Source of the DNA: Calditrichia bacterium
GTDB taxonomy: Bacteria > Calditrichota > Calditrichia > JAJRVZ01
Length of the DNA: 64,000 nt
Reading direction: 5' to 3'
Assembly (NCBI GenBank): GCA_963777955.1
Contig: CAVZSQ010000019.1
Coordinates: forward strand, 445,079-509,078
Under the pieces are notes generated by a model. That model had not been told where the DNA came from and searched no databases. It saw only the letters and a program-made list of their open reading frames with translations. Below are positions 43,599-53,674 of this stretch, piece by piece; within the stretch, counting starts at the first letter, position 1, and each line of letters starts with the position of its first letter. Both the position numbers and the translations under genes were made by a program.

Positions 43599-45207
43599 AT
43601 GAATACCCTGCTTACCCCTACTGTGGATACCGGTACTTTATGCTGAAACCCATTACCGTTTCAAATATTTTTTCAGCCGCTTACGCAAGTCCGAACCGGA
43701 GATTATTGCTGATTGCCCGGCGCGCCTGAAAAAAAGACACGACCTGCCGGTACTGCTGATCATTAAAGATGCCCGGCAGTATCCGGTCCTCCTGCATGAA
43801 ATCGCGATTTACTCCGGCAGTCAACTCTTATTTCAGCAAAAACTGGAGCGCCAGATCCGGAGCAGGTATGAAGAAATCATCGTGGAACTGCCCACCCGTA
43901 ATTTTAATGCCGGAGAACTATTGATTAATATCAGGATCACCTACCAGTGTAAGGGGATTATCAAGACCTGCTGGAATGATAATCATCGCGGCAGTTCTCA
44001 TGCTCCCCTGCCAGTGTACATATCAGATCAGGATCTGCCCCGCCTGGATAACTGCCTGTATGGCGAAACGCATGCCCATACAATTTACACATCTGACCAG
44101 GTGGAATTCGGCGCTTCGCTGAACGCGACCGCCCGGCTGGCCGCGGCACAGGAACTGGATTTTTTCTGTGCCACCGACCATTCTTATGATCTGGATGACC
44201 AGGCGGATAATTATCTGCATAACGATCCCGGCCTGGTTAAATGGCAGAACTTCTGGACTGAAGTTGAGAATTTTAATAAGCAGAATACTTTTCAGATAAT
44301 ACCGGGAGAAGAAGTGACCGTACGCAATGGCCAGGACCGCAATGTTCATTGCCTGGTTTACAATTCCCGTCAATTTTTTTATGGTTCCGGCGACAGTGCG
44401 GAAAAATGGCTGCGCACGCGATCGGAAATGTCGATTCCCGAATTGCTGGCAAATTTACCGGACGGCGCCCTGGCTCTGGCCGCGCATCCGGCCGAGAAAC
44501 CACCCTTGCTGCAACGGCTGTTGATCGGGCGGGGGCACTGGCGACCGGAGGATTGCGCTGAGAAAAAATTACACGGATTGCAGTTTATCAATCATTCGGG
44601 TGCAACCATCGATGATCAGGGCAAACAGTTATGGCTCAACCAACTATTACACGGGTACCACCAGATTGGTACGGCCGGCACCGATGCTCATGGCAACTTT
44701 GCCCGCTTCCGCCAAATCGGTATTCCCTTCCTGACCATGCGTGAGAATTATCTGCACATATTTGGCCACTGGCGCAGCGGTGTTTATTTACCGGATGGAA
44801 ACAAGAGTATGACCGGTATCCTGCAAGGCATCCAGCAGGGAGCATGTTTTATGACCGACGGTCCGGCGTTATTGCTGCAGGCCTGCGGCGGCGGCGGCGG
44901 TGATCAAAACAACTGGCAGCACAGCGGCAGCCGGTTACAAAAAATCACCCGGCTGAAAGTTGCCGCCAGGTCTTCACAGGAATTCTCGGCATTGGAAAAT
45001 ATCAAAGTCATTTCCGCTGATGAGGGAGCAGATCTGCGACGACAACGGGAGCGGATAATTTTCAACCATGATCTGGCAGCGGAATCGTATGACTATGAAG
45101 CGGAAATCGATTTCGCAGCGGAGAAAAGAAATGGTTATATTCGTGCCGAAGTAACAACAAAAAGCGGAAGAACGGCTTTATCCAATCCGATCTGGTTTTT
45201 ATTTTAG
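43599..45207 (+). CDS. PHP-domain (CehA/McbA-like) metallohydrolase; 5' end frameshifted
   Basis: GETHAHT, TDHSYD, GEEVT, AHP, GTDAHG, SNPIW; frame open upstream from about 43640 (LYAETHYRFKYFFSRL...EPEIIAD). Confidence 0.8.
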
Positions 45208-45278
45208 TATATCTTCTGTTTTAAGTTTAAATTATTTGCTCGTAGTCAGTTTTTAAAACCATAACTCAGGATCTGAAG

Positions 45279-46229
45279 ATGAAAGTGATCGAGCATTTAG
45301 CAAAAACACAACGTCCTCTGATTAGTTTTGAGATAATTCCACCTAAACGGGGCGGGGATATTAAGGGATTGCTGGCCGCGGTGGACGATATCGCCAAATA
45401 TAACCCCCCCTTTATCGATATCACCAGTCATGCAGCCGAGGTGGCCTACGAAGAATCCGATCAGGGGATCAAGAAGATTGTCAAACGCAAGCGTCCCGGT
45501 ACCCTCGGTATCTGTGCCCTGATCCAGTACAAATATAATATCGATGCGGTACCGCATGTGTTGTGCCAGGGTTTTACCCGCGAAGAGACCGAAGATTTTC
45601 TGATCGATGTTCAGTATCTGGGTATCGATAATATTCTGGCCATCCGCGGCGATGAAAGCGACTATCAGAAGCCGCTGCTGCACGGACGCACAGCCAATGC
45701 CCATGCCGCCGAGCTGGTGCGGCAGGTTGCGGATATGAATCGCGGCAAATATCTGGAAGACAGTTTGCTGGATGCACGTCCGTCGGATTTCTGTATCGGA
45801 GTCAGCGGTTATCCGGAGAAACACTACGAATCACCGAATCTGAAGACAGACATCAGGTATGTCAAAGAAAAAATCCAGGCCGGAGCCAGTTATATTGTAA
45901 CCCAGATGTTTTTCGATAACCGCTATTATTTCAATTTTATACAGGCCTGCCGGGAAGCAGGAATCACCGCGCCGATCATTCCCGGCTTAAAAATACTGCT
46001 GGCTAAAAACAATCTGACCACTTTGCCGCGGAATTTTCATGTCAGTATTCCCGAAGAACTGGCTGAAGAAGTATCGGCAGCTAAATCAGAGCATGTACTG
46101 GAGGTTGGTGTAAACTGGGCGGTAAAACAACTGGAGGAATTGTTAAACCATAAAGTACCGGCGGTACATTTTTATATCATGCAAAACTCAATCCCGATAA
46201 ATATGCTGATGAATAAAATAAAATTATGA
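45279..46229 (+). CDS. metF: 5,10-methylenetetrahydrofolate reductase
   Basis: SFEIIPP, LAIRGD, GYPEKH, VTQMFFDN, HFY. Confidence 0.95.
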   Translation: MKVIEHLAKTQRPLISFEIIPPKRGGDIKGLLAAVDDIAKYNPPFIDITSHAAEVAYEESDQGIKKIVKRKRPGTLGICALIQYKYNIDAVPHVLCQGFTREETEDFLIDVQYLGIDNILAIRGDESDYQKPLLHGRTANAHAAELVRQVADMNRGKYLEDSLLDARPSDFCIGVSGYPEKHYESPNLKTDIRYVKEKIQAGASYIVTQMFFDNRYYFNFIQACREAGITAPIIPGLKILLAKNNLTTLPRNFHVSIPEELAEEVSAAKSEHVLEVGVNWAVKQLEELLNHKVPAVHFYIMQNSIPINMLMNKIKL

Positions 46230-46241
46230 CAGGATAACTAT

Positions 46242-46967
46242 ATGGACTGGATATTTCAATCCGAATCTTGGTTAGCCTTGATCACCCTGATGGCCCTGGA
46301 AATCATACTGGGCATCGACAACATCATCTTCATTTCCATTTCGGTCAGTAATTTACCCAAACATGAACGCAACTGGGCGCGCACGCTGGGCCTGGCCCTG
46401 GCCATGATCACCCGCATCGCCCTGCTGCTCTCGCTGACCTGGGTAATGAAATTAACCGCACCGCTGTTTACAATTTTGTCGCAGCAGATATCCGGCCGGG
46501 ACATAATCCTGATCGGCGGGGGATTATTCCTGCTGGTAAAAAGCACCATGGAAATTCACAGCAGTCTGGAGGAGACGGGACAAAAGGAAGATTTGAAAAT
46601 TCATTCCCGTAAGATGATGCCGGCATTGATCCAGATCGCCCTGATCGATATCATCTTTTCGCTGGACTCGGTGATCACCGCTATCGGTATGGCTCAGCAG
46701 GTCGCCATAATGATCATTGCCATAATCGGTGCAGTGCTGGTTATGATGTTTGCTTCACGTTCCATCGGAGAATTCGTGGAAGAACATCCCACCATTAAAA
46801 TGCTGGCACTCAGTTTCCTGATCCTGATCGGTGTGGCCATTATTGCCGAAGGTCTCGACCTGCATGTACCCAAAGGCTACATCTATTTCGCCATGGCCTT
46901 TTCATTCATGGTGGAACTGCTGAATATGAAATTACGCAGAAAAAAGAATGTCGCACATTCGTCTTGA
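46242..46967 (+). CDS. TerC-family membrane protein
   Basis: LEIILGIDNIIFI; DIIFSLDSVITA; PKGYIYFAMAFS. Confidence 0.95.
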   Translation: MDWIFQSESWLALITLMALEIILGIDNIIFISISVSNLPKHERNWARTLGLALAMITRIALLLSLTWVMKLTAPLFTILSQQISGRDIILIGGGLFLLVKSTMEIHSSLEETGQKEDLKIHSRKMMPALIQIALIDIIFSLDSVITAIGMAQQVAIMIIAIIGAVLVMMFASRSIGEFVEEHPTIKMLALSFLILIGVAIIAEGLDLHVPKGYIYFAMAFSFMVELLNMKLRRKKNVAHSS

Positions 46968-46977
46968 AGGAAAACCA

Positions 46978-47277
46978 ATGAAAATTATACTCGATCTTTG
47001 TGTTATTCCGCTGGGCGTGGGAGTATCCCTTTCCCAATACATCACCGCCTGTGAAAAAGTACTGCAGGAAGCGAAATTAAAAACCACCCTGCATGCTTAT
47101 GGTACCAACATCGAGGGGGAATGGGACCAGGTGATGGCCGCGGTAAAACGCTGCCATGAAGTGGTACATCAAATGGGTGCTCCGCGCATCTTCACCTCCA
47201 TCCGTATGGGTACACGTGTGGACCGGAATCAGTCGATGGAGAATAAGGTGGAGAGTGTTTTGAGTAAGATGGGATGA
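46978..47277 (+). CDS. MTH1187/YkoF thiamine-binding family protein
   Basis: VIPLGVGVSLS, LHAYGTNIEGEWD, GAPR. Confidence 0.92.
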   Translation: MKIILDLCVIPLGVGVSLSQYITACEKVLQEAKLKTTLHAYGTNIEGEWDQVMAAVKRCHEVVHQMGAPRIFTSIRMGTRVDRNQSMENKVESVLSKMG

Positions 47278-47280
47278 ACA

Positions 47281-47515
47281 AGGCACTTAGGCACTATGGC
47301 ACTAAGGCACTGAGTAAAAAAATCCCTGAGTACTCGCAGTTTTTTTAACTCATTCACCTTTAAACCTTTTGATCCTGAATATATACTGGTATTCCAGCTG
47401 AGCGATTGGTATGCTTGATCGCATATTGGTGAGAATCTTAAAGAAAATCAGAAGATTAAATGGAAAAGAATAAAGTTGAAACTCAGTGCCGGAGTGCCTT
47501 AGTGCCTCAGTGCCT
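47281..47515. repeat. Inverted pair of (AGGCACTn)n / (AGTGCCTn)n tandem repeats flanking about 165 bp
   Basis: aggcacttaggcactatggcactaaggcactgag ... ctcagtgccggagtgccttagtgcctcagtgcct. Confidence 0.85.
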
Positions 47516-47545
47516 TTCTTTAGCCTTTACCCTTTGGCCTTTGAC

Positions 47546-48502
47546 CTAAACTAACAACTTTCCATCCTCGAGAAGAATTGCCCCATCCACCCACACAGTC
47601 GGATTTTTGATAATGCCATCCACGTGAATACCCACATCACAGGTGCCGCCCATACTCATGTTATTGCCCAGGGCGATATGAACCGTACCCAGTACTTTTT
47701 CATCCTCCAGGATATTTCCGCAGATATGGGCCTGATCATTGGTACCGATCCCTAATTCAGCAACAGTATAGGACCTGGGCGCCAGGGGTTGCAGCATCTC
47801 CTCAAGTTTTCGTGCCTCCGTACCCCCTTCAATTTTTACCACCAGCCCTTTGTCAACAGTCAGTTTTATCGGCTGATCTGCAATCAGGCCAATGCCGGCA
47901 AAAGATCCATCGACCACAATAAGCCCTGCTGCTTTACCCTCTTCCGGCATCAGGTATGATTCTCCGCTGGGCAGATTGCCAAAAATACCTTTTTCCCTGA
48001 GAATGCCGGTCGAGGATATCGCTTTGATCCCTTCGATCGGCAGCATGATATCCGTGCCCAGGTTAGTCGCGACTTTTACCAGTGAAGTCTGATCGAGGAT
48101 GGCGGTCACTTTTTTAGTACGTTCAGCAATTGCATGATAATTAGCCTGCAGGGTACGGATCATCATTTCCTCGGTTATGCCCGGCATTGTTCCGACCCGG
48201 GCGCCGGCGTGACAGGCCATGCGCCGGGCCGCCGTATGGGTCAGTGATTTCTGGGTCGGGCAGATCACCACCTGGTAGCGGGTCATTAATTCTGCTATCT
48301 CCGCCGGCGGTTCTTCTCCGTTCACTTTTCTTACCGGCATAACCGCCAGCAAAATCTCGCGGCCCAGTTTTTTACCTGCCTCGAACAAAGCCTGACCAAT
48401 GCCCAAAGTCTGATCATCGCAAAGAATCAGTACTGATTCATTATTTTGTACGCCCATGCATTCGGTAAGTGCGATAGTTGCAGCGTCTGCTAACTGTTTC
48501 AT
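47546..48502 (-). CDS. M29-like (thermophilic metalloprotease) aminopeptidase
   Basis: NLPSGE, AELGIGTN, EDEKVLGTVHIALG, HVDG. Confidence 0.88.
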   Translation of the reverse strand: MKQLADAATIALTECMGVQNNESVLILCDDQTLGIGQALFEAGKKLGREILLAVMPVRKVNGEEPPAEIAELMTRYQVVICPTQKSLTHTAARRMACHAGARVGTMPGITEEMMIRTLQANYHAIAERTKKVTAILDQTSLVKVATNLGTDIMLPIEGIKAISSTGILREKGIFGNLPSGESYLMPEEGKAAGLIVVDGSFAGIGLIADQPIKLTVDKGLVVKIEGGTEARKLEEMLQPLAPRSYTVAELGIGTNDQAHICGNILEDEKVLGTVHIALGNNMSMGGTCDVGIHVDGIIKNPTVWVDGAILLEDGKLLV

Positions 48503-48510
48503 ATGATCTC

Positions 48511-49386
48511 CTATCTAACGGTGTTCGATCTTTCAAACACCAGACCGCCTTCAGCGACTTTTAAAGTGCTGCTGATCAGGGGACAACGGACTTTAAGCAG
48601 AAAGTAGATCAGTCTTTTTTCAGCGTGCAGGGATTCCCAGTTGCCCTGTCCCTTGGAGATGATCAGATCAGCTTTGTTATAAAAGGATTTCGCCTGCTCC
48701 GAGACACCGTGCAGCAAAGTTGCCGGGGCGCTATCGCCATTATCGATAACCCTGGCAATTTTATCCAGGTTGATCAGCCTGGCATCTTCCATAGTCGCGT
48801 CGTTGATAATCGGTGCGCCCCGCACCACCACGGTGAACTTATGATTTCGTTCGGGATAAAATCTTTGCAGCACTTCGATGAATAATTTATCAAAAACAAT
48901 TTCACCGGCGTTATCGGCCAGGTACAGGATCTGCCGAGTGGTCTTCAGGTCTTCCAGAAAATGTGCATATTTATCAATAGCGAAAGTTTGCCGGTGAGTA
49001 TCGTTCAGTATCCGTTCAGTATCGCTTTCACCACCGTTGGCGGACAGCTCCGGCAGATTTCCACTAACCGCCAGTTTAGCTGCCAGCAGCACCGGATCCT
49101 CATTTAGATAGACCTGCCGTTTGAAAGCATTATAATTTTCCAGCGCAACGGTATTATACTGCAATTTTAACTCGCGGTAGGGATCCGCACAACCGGTCAG
49201 ATCATGAATGATTTTGAATATCTGCTTACCGATTTCCGGCGGAGAGAGTTGATAGTCCATCTGCTGTAAATACTGCATCACTCCGTTAAGGACCTGGCGC
49301 TGCAGATTTTCATTATCAGTACCCAGCCGTGCTGCGTCGATGGTTTGACGGATCAGGCAGGGAATGCAATCGAAGGATGCTTTCAT
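48511..49386 (-). CDS. DUF89/ARMT1 damage-control phosphatase
   Basis: DCIPC, DPY, DNAGEIVFD, PIINDAT, SKGQGNWESL. Confidence 0.92.
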   Translation of the reverse strand: MKASFDCIPCLIRQTIDAARLGTDNENLQRQVLNGVMQYLQQMDYQLSPPEIGKQIFKIIHDLTGCADPYRELKLQYNTVALENYNAFKRQVYLNEDPVLLAAKLAVSGNLPELSANGGESDTERILNDTHRQTFAIDKYAHFLEDLKTTRQILYLADNAGEIVFDKLFIEVLQRFYPERNHKFTVVVRGAPIINDATMEDARLINLDKIARVIDNGDSAPATLLHGVSEQAKSFYNKADLIISKGQGNWESLHAEKRLIYFLLKVRCPLISSTLKVAEGGLVFERSNTVR

Positions 49387-49593
49387 AAATTATAACACAG
49401 TTTTGTGCAAACAATAATTTTTTGTTTTCACAAATCTATTATCTTCTGGTCAATATATCAATGGAATTACAAATCCGGAACATCTTCAGTTTTTTTCACA
49501 CATTCATTTCCAGCTCCTAAATTTGAATAGTATATATTGCCGCCTGTACCTATATTTATCCAGCGATCAAAATAAGGTGAAACATCGGCAGAT

Positions 49594-50181
49594 ATGCTAT
49601 TACTTACCGTAGCACATAAAGAGGAAGGCAGTGTATTCATTGAACGAAAACACACCCTGCCGGTGGAATTTTCCTTTCCCGGCCTGTACCGCGGCGATGA
49701 TCAATTACTGTTACTGACCGGAGAAGGGGTAATCTCTACTCTTAAAAAGGTACATACTGTGTGCGGGTATTTTGGCAGTAAAATAGACCGGGTAATCAAT
49801 TTAGGTATTGCCGGCAGTCTCAGATCCGATTTACAGATTAACCAGGTCTACGGTATCCGTAAAGTTTTCTATGAACCTTACCTGCAAAATCCGGAAAAAG
49901 CATACAGCACCGGCAATGAGCGTGCAGGCTTTGATTGTATCACCTCGTTCCAGGCAGTTAAAAGCAATGACTATGCCCGTCAGCTGGCGATGTTTGCCCA
50001 GATTGTCGACCGTGAATTATGGGCCACTGCCCATATCTGCAAATCCTTCAACCTGCCCTTTTCTGCTTACAAGTTGATCTCCGATCAGGCTGGGGATCAG
50101 ACCAATCAGGAAGCAATCCGCCAGAAAGCCCAGGAATATAGTCTGCACCTGTTTGATTTTTATAAGAAATTGCAACTTTAA
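49594..50181 (+). CDS. Nucleoside phosphorylase-fold protein
   Basis: LTGEG, INLGIAG, VDRE, KLISD. Confidence 0.7.
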   Translation: MLLLTVAHKEEGSVFIERKHTLPVEFSFPGLYRGDDQLLLLTGEGVISTLKKVHTVCGYFGSKIDRVINLGIAGSLRSDLQINQVYGIRKVFYEPYLQNPEKAYSTGNERAGFDCITSFQAVKSNDYARQLAMFAQIVDRELWATAHICKSFNLPFSAYKLISDQAGDQTNQEAIRQKAQEYSLHLFDFYKKLQL

Positions 50182-50185
50182 AAAT

Positions 50186-50256
50186 AGTACCTGAGTGCCT
50201 GAGTACCTTAGTACCTGAGTCCCTGAGTAACTGAGTACCTTAGTCTCTTAGTACCT
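50186..50256. repeat. 8-bp tandem repeat (AGT[A/G]CCT[G/T])n, about 8 degenerate copies
   Basis: agtacctgagtgcctgagtaccttagtacctgagtccctgagtaactgagtaccttag... Confidence 0.85.
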
Positions 50257-50262
50257 AAAGAA

Positions 50263-50313
50263 CGGTTCCGGTCGCTGAGTAGTCCGGCATATGCCGGACG
50301 TATCGAAGCGACC
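50263..50313. repeat. REP-like unit GGTCGCTGAG...TCGAAGCGACC with inner GTCCGGCATATGCCGGAC hairpin
   Basis: Nested inverted repeats read directly. Confidence 0.65.
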
Positions 50314-50323
50314 TTCTCATTTT

Positions 50324-50852
50324 ACCCACCCCCAGCCCCTCTTTGTCGCCGAAGACGGTCGACAAGTCAGAGATCTACCGACAGGTAGAGAGGCCAGGGG
50401 AGGGTTATATGCGAGTTACAAATTTCCGTAATCTTAATAATACCTTATCCATATCCTCAATAATTTCTTGATTTGTAAAACGGAGGATTCGCAATTCATG
50501 CTGGACTGATAATAATTCACCTCTAATCTGATCATAATCTGCCTGTCTCCGATGAAATTTACCGTCAATCTCAATAATCAATTTTAATCTACGACAATAA
50601 AAATCAGTGATAAAGAATTTCACTTTTTCTTCATAGTTGTAAAAGATAGGATGTTGTCGAAGGAATTTGCAATCAACAAATTTGTTTTTACGTACGGCAT
50701 TCCAGAATATTGTTTCTGCAATTGTCTGATGCTTTCGCAACTCCCGCGCTAGATATATTGCTAATTGTCTATTCGTCATCTTGCATTTCTGACCCACCCC
50801 TTACCCCTCCCTGTCGCCGAAGACGGTCGACAGGGAGGGGCCAGGAGAGGTC
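50324..50852. mobile_element. Putative palindrome-flanked DUF559 nuclease element
   Basis: AT-rich nuclease ORF bracketed tightly by ACCCACCCC...TGTCGCCGAAGACGGTCGACA...GGCCAGG(G/A)GAGG palindromes (50324-50406, 50791-50852). Confidence 0.55.
50405..50779 (-). CDS. DUF559 (Vsr-like very-short-patch) endonuclease
   Basis: ARELRKHQTIAE..FW..R...KFLRQHPI..FITDFYC..LIIEIDG.FH...D..R...LRFTN. Confidence 0.92.
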   Translation of the reverse strand: MTNRQLAIYLARELRKHQTIAETIFWNAVRKNKFVDCKFLRQHPIFYNYEEKVKFFITDFYCRRLKLIIEIDGKFHRRQADYDQIRGELLSVQHELRILRFTNQEIIEDMDKVLLRLRKFVTRI

Positions 50853-51041
50853 GAATCTTTTATTTATAACTTGAAACTATCAATAACTGTGCCAAATTAA
50901 TCAATCTTTTAAACCGTAACTGGAAATAGATAATTATATTGTACACGTAAACATATTATTCTATTAAAAGAATAGATTGTATAATGCATGTTTTAGTTAT
51001 TTTAAGTGACTGGTAAATTATTAGGTTGGGAATTATATCAT

Positions 51042-51103
51042 ACCCCTCTCTACCCCCTCCCTGTCGTCCGTCTTCGGCGACAGGGAGGGGCCAGGGGAGG
51101 GTT
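51042..51103. repeat. Solo copy of DUF559-flanking palindrome
   Basis: CCCCTCCCTGTCGTCCGTCTTCGGCGACAGGGAGGGGCCAGGGGAGGGTT. Confidence 0.85.
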
Positions 51104-51193
51104 GATGATTCCTTCTCTTTTATCTGGAATTGATAGTCACCAGCCACTATCTTTTGCTTGCATCCCATTTTCAGGGAGATTGTGTAAAACAAG

Positions 51194-52021
51194 ATGTTTA
51201 ATAATTTTAAAATATCAGTAATCATTCCCACCTATAACCGCTGTGAATTATTGCAGCGGGCCGTTCTCTCTGTTCTTAAACAAACCCGCCCGGCGGATGA
51301 AATTATCATCATCGATGACGGTTCAACCGATGGAACAGCAGAATTGATCCCGAAGAAATTTCCACAGATTCTATATTCCCGGCAGGAAAATAAGGGGGTC
51401 AGCGCTGCCCGCAATGCGGGTATTGAAAGTGCAAGCGGCGAATGGATCGCTTTCCTGGATTCCGATGACACCTGGTTGCCGCGTAAACTGGAATACCAGC
51501 AGAAATCTTTAGTCGAAAATCCGGAATTTCTTATCTGCCATACCAATGAGATCTGGATTCGTCACGGTAAGCGGGTCAATCCGCTGAAAAAACATCAGAA
51601 ATCCGGGGGATATATTTTCGAAAAATGCCTGCCGTTATGTGTGATCTCCCCTTCTGCGGTAATACTGCATCGTTCGGTATTCAAGCGCTTCGGAAAATTT
51701 GATACCGGCCTGCCGGTGTGTGAAGACTACGACCTGTGGCTGCGGATCTGCGCATTCCTGCCGGTGCTGTACCTTGAAAAACCGTTGATCACCAAGTACG
51801 GCGGACACGCCGATCAACTCTCCCGCAGCACCTGGGGACTGGACCGTTTTCGTATCCAGGCGCTGGAAAAAATAATTGCCGATCCGGATTTGTCTCCGGC
51901 TTATAAACACGCTGCAGTGAAAATGGTAATCGATAAACTTAAAATCTACCTGCAGGGGGCAGAAAAACGGGGGAAGAGTGAGGAGGTTGAGAGGGTGAAA
52001 ACTAAATTGGCAAGTTATTAA
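51194..52021 (+). CDS. Glycosyltransferase family 2
   Basis: SVIIPTYNR, DDGSTD, GVSAARN, FLDSDD, EDYDLWLR. Confidence 0.95.
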   Translation: MFNNFKISVIIPTYNRCELLQRAVLSVLKQTRPADEIIIIDDGSTDGTAELIPKKFPQILYSRQENKGVSAARNAGIESASGEWIAFLDSDDTWLPRKLEYQQKSLVENPEFLICHTNEIWIRHGKRVNPLKKHQKSGGYIFEKCLPLCVISPSAVILHRSVFKRFGKFDTGLPVCEDYDLWLRICAFLPVLYLEKPLITKYGGHADQLSRSTWGLDRFRIQALEKIIADPDLSPAYKHAAVKMVIDKLKIYLQGAEKRGKSEEVERVKTKLASY

Positions 52022-52172
52022 AGGCACAGAGGTCGGAGACCTGGCGCGGACAGGTCGGAGATCTACTGTCAGGTAGACACAGAGCGACAAAGATCGGAGG
52101 CCTGGCAAAGCCTGGCCGGAGACCTACCGCTAGGTAGGACAAAGTAAGCAGGAGGCGCTTCCTAGCGCCGAT
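52021..52172. repeat. Mosaic of short repeat modules (GGTCGGAGA[C/T]CT..., CTACxxxxGGTAG, GGCCTGGCAAAGCCTGGCC) plus a REP-like unit
   Basis: About 4 recurrences of CGGAG(A/G)(C/T)CT; related modules at 50365-50388 and, in reverse, 56983-57040. Confidence 0.6.
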
Positions 52173-52193
52173 TTGATAGAAATGGCATTGAGT

Positions 52194-52257
52194 AACCCAC
52201 CCCTCAATCCCCTCCCTGTCGACCGTCTTCGGCGACAGGGAGGGGCTGGGGAGGGTC
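52194..52257. repeat. Solo copy of DUF559-flanking palindrome
   Basis: AACCCACCCC...CCCCTCCCTGTCGACCGTCTTCGGCGACAGGGAGGGGCTGGGGAGGGTC. Confidence 0.85.
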
Positions 52258-52267
52258 AGATTCTTTA

Positions 52268-53533
52268 TTAAAACCACCCTTTAACCCGGTGCTTGTCCAG
52301 ATATTCCGTGATCAGCATGATGTAAAAAGGAACATAAATTACAAAGTACTTCCATCCTGATGTGATTAAGGTATCAGGTGACTGATAATCAGTCCAGAAT
52401 AAATAGGATAACTGAATTAAAACCGTAAAAACAAGCCAGGACCAGTTGGGTAAAAAAATAATAAAAGGCAGGATCCACAGCAAATGCCAGGGATGGAATA
52501 CCGGTGATACCAGCAGCAACGCCCCGGTGATGATAAAACTGGATTGTAAACAATTAATACTGCGGAAATCTGCCGTCAAATGTAATTTTTTAATTTGCGC
52601 GATGATCACTGCCAGCACAATCAAAACGATTAGCAACAGCATATAAAATTCAGCCCGGGTATAAACCGCCGCAGAACTTCCAAACCAGTTTATCGTAATA
52701 ACGTCTGCTCCGCTAAGATTAAAATATTCTGATAAATAGATACCTGCACTGATCAGGGGCCCATTAAATGCTTCCCGCTCCGGTGCCAACAGGAAATGAT
52801 AAACAGGTATAATACCTGTCGTTGAGAAAATATATACCGCTAATGCCACGCCGGTCAGCATTAAAAATATCTTCGACCAGAATTTCTTATATAAAAAAGG
52901 TACATAGGCAAACAATGGCAGCAAGGATACAAAAAATGAAAGTACTACTGCCAGCAAGGCCTGCCAGTCTTTCTTGAGATAAAAAAATCCAAAGGCCAAC
53001 CATAAGAACAGGATAGCGGCTAATTGACCATGGCCATTTCTGTATATTTCGATAATCCACAGCGGATTGAGCAATAGGATCAATATGCGGTAGGTACTGA
53101 GGCCAAAATAACGGATAAGATTAATAAGTAAAAATCCAAGCGCCACCTCCAGCAGCAGCAAAAATACCCGCCAGTAAAAAATTGATCCCCCGGGCCAGTG
53201 TTCCAGATATGCGACCAGCAGGGCCGGTGCCTGACCGGAGTCACTATTCCCGATTATGGATGATTCATACAGGCCAGGAAATATCAGAAATGACAGAAGA
53301 AAAATTAACCGGTATAATCCGGCAAAGATAAGAAACCAGCTGCAGGGGGGAAGTTTATCTTCATGACGGAATATTTGCCGCAGGATGAAAAAGTATATGC
53401 AAAATTGCGGAATTAGTATTAAAATATAGTTTTGAATTTGCTGTTCATAAACCGGTACCCCCATTAAAAGCAGATATAATATGCCGGGTACAATGAGCAG
53501 AAAGATCTGTAATATTAGTTTTTTTAAGTCCAT
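52268..53533 (-). CDS. Polytopic membrane protein, GT-C/GT87-like (possibly degenerate)
   Basis: About 11 TM segments; LNPLWIIE..NGH, FNG, SPVFHPWHLLW motifs. Confidence 0.65.
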   Translation of the reverse strand: MDLKKLILQIFLLIVPGILYLLLMGVPVYEQQIQNYILILIPQFCIYFFILRQIFRHEDKLPPCSWFLIFAGLYRLIFLLSFLIFPGLYESSIIGNSDSGQAPALLVAYLEHWPGGSIFYWRVFLLLLEVALGFLLINLIRYFGLSTYRILILLLNPLWIIEIYRNGHGQLAAILFLWLAFGFFYLKKDWQALLAVVLSFFVSLLPLFAYVPFLYKKFWSKIFLMLTGVALAVYIFSTTGIIPVYHFLLAPEREAFNGPLISAGIYLSEYFNLSGADVITINWFGSSAAVYTRAEFYMLLLIVLIVLAVIIAQIKKLHLTADFRSINCLQSSFIITGALLLVSPVFHPWHLLWILPFIIFLPNWSWLVFTVLIQLSYLFWTDYQSPDTLITSGWKYFVIYVPFYIMLITEYLDKHRVKGWF

Positions 53534-53674
53534 ACTCGTTTTTGCTTTTGGCGAGGCGCCATGTTATATTCGCCAAGCAAATTTAAGAAAAATTATTGAT
53601 TTTTCACAGCAACTGGATCAGATTTTTGTATCCGGGATCCATCCGGCTTAAACCTGGGGAACGGTACTACTGCA

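Noticed and set aside
50324..52257. Repeated ~35-bp palindromes as a CRISPR array
   Set aside because: Irregular spacing with whole genes between copies, mixed core orientation and no cas genes
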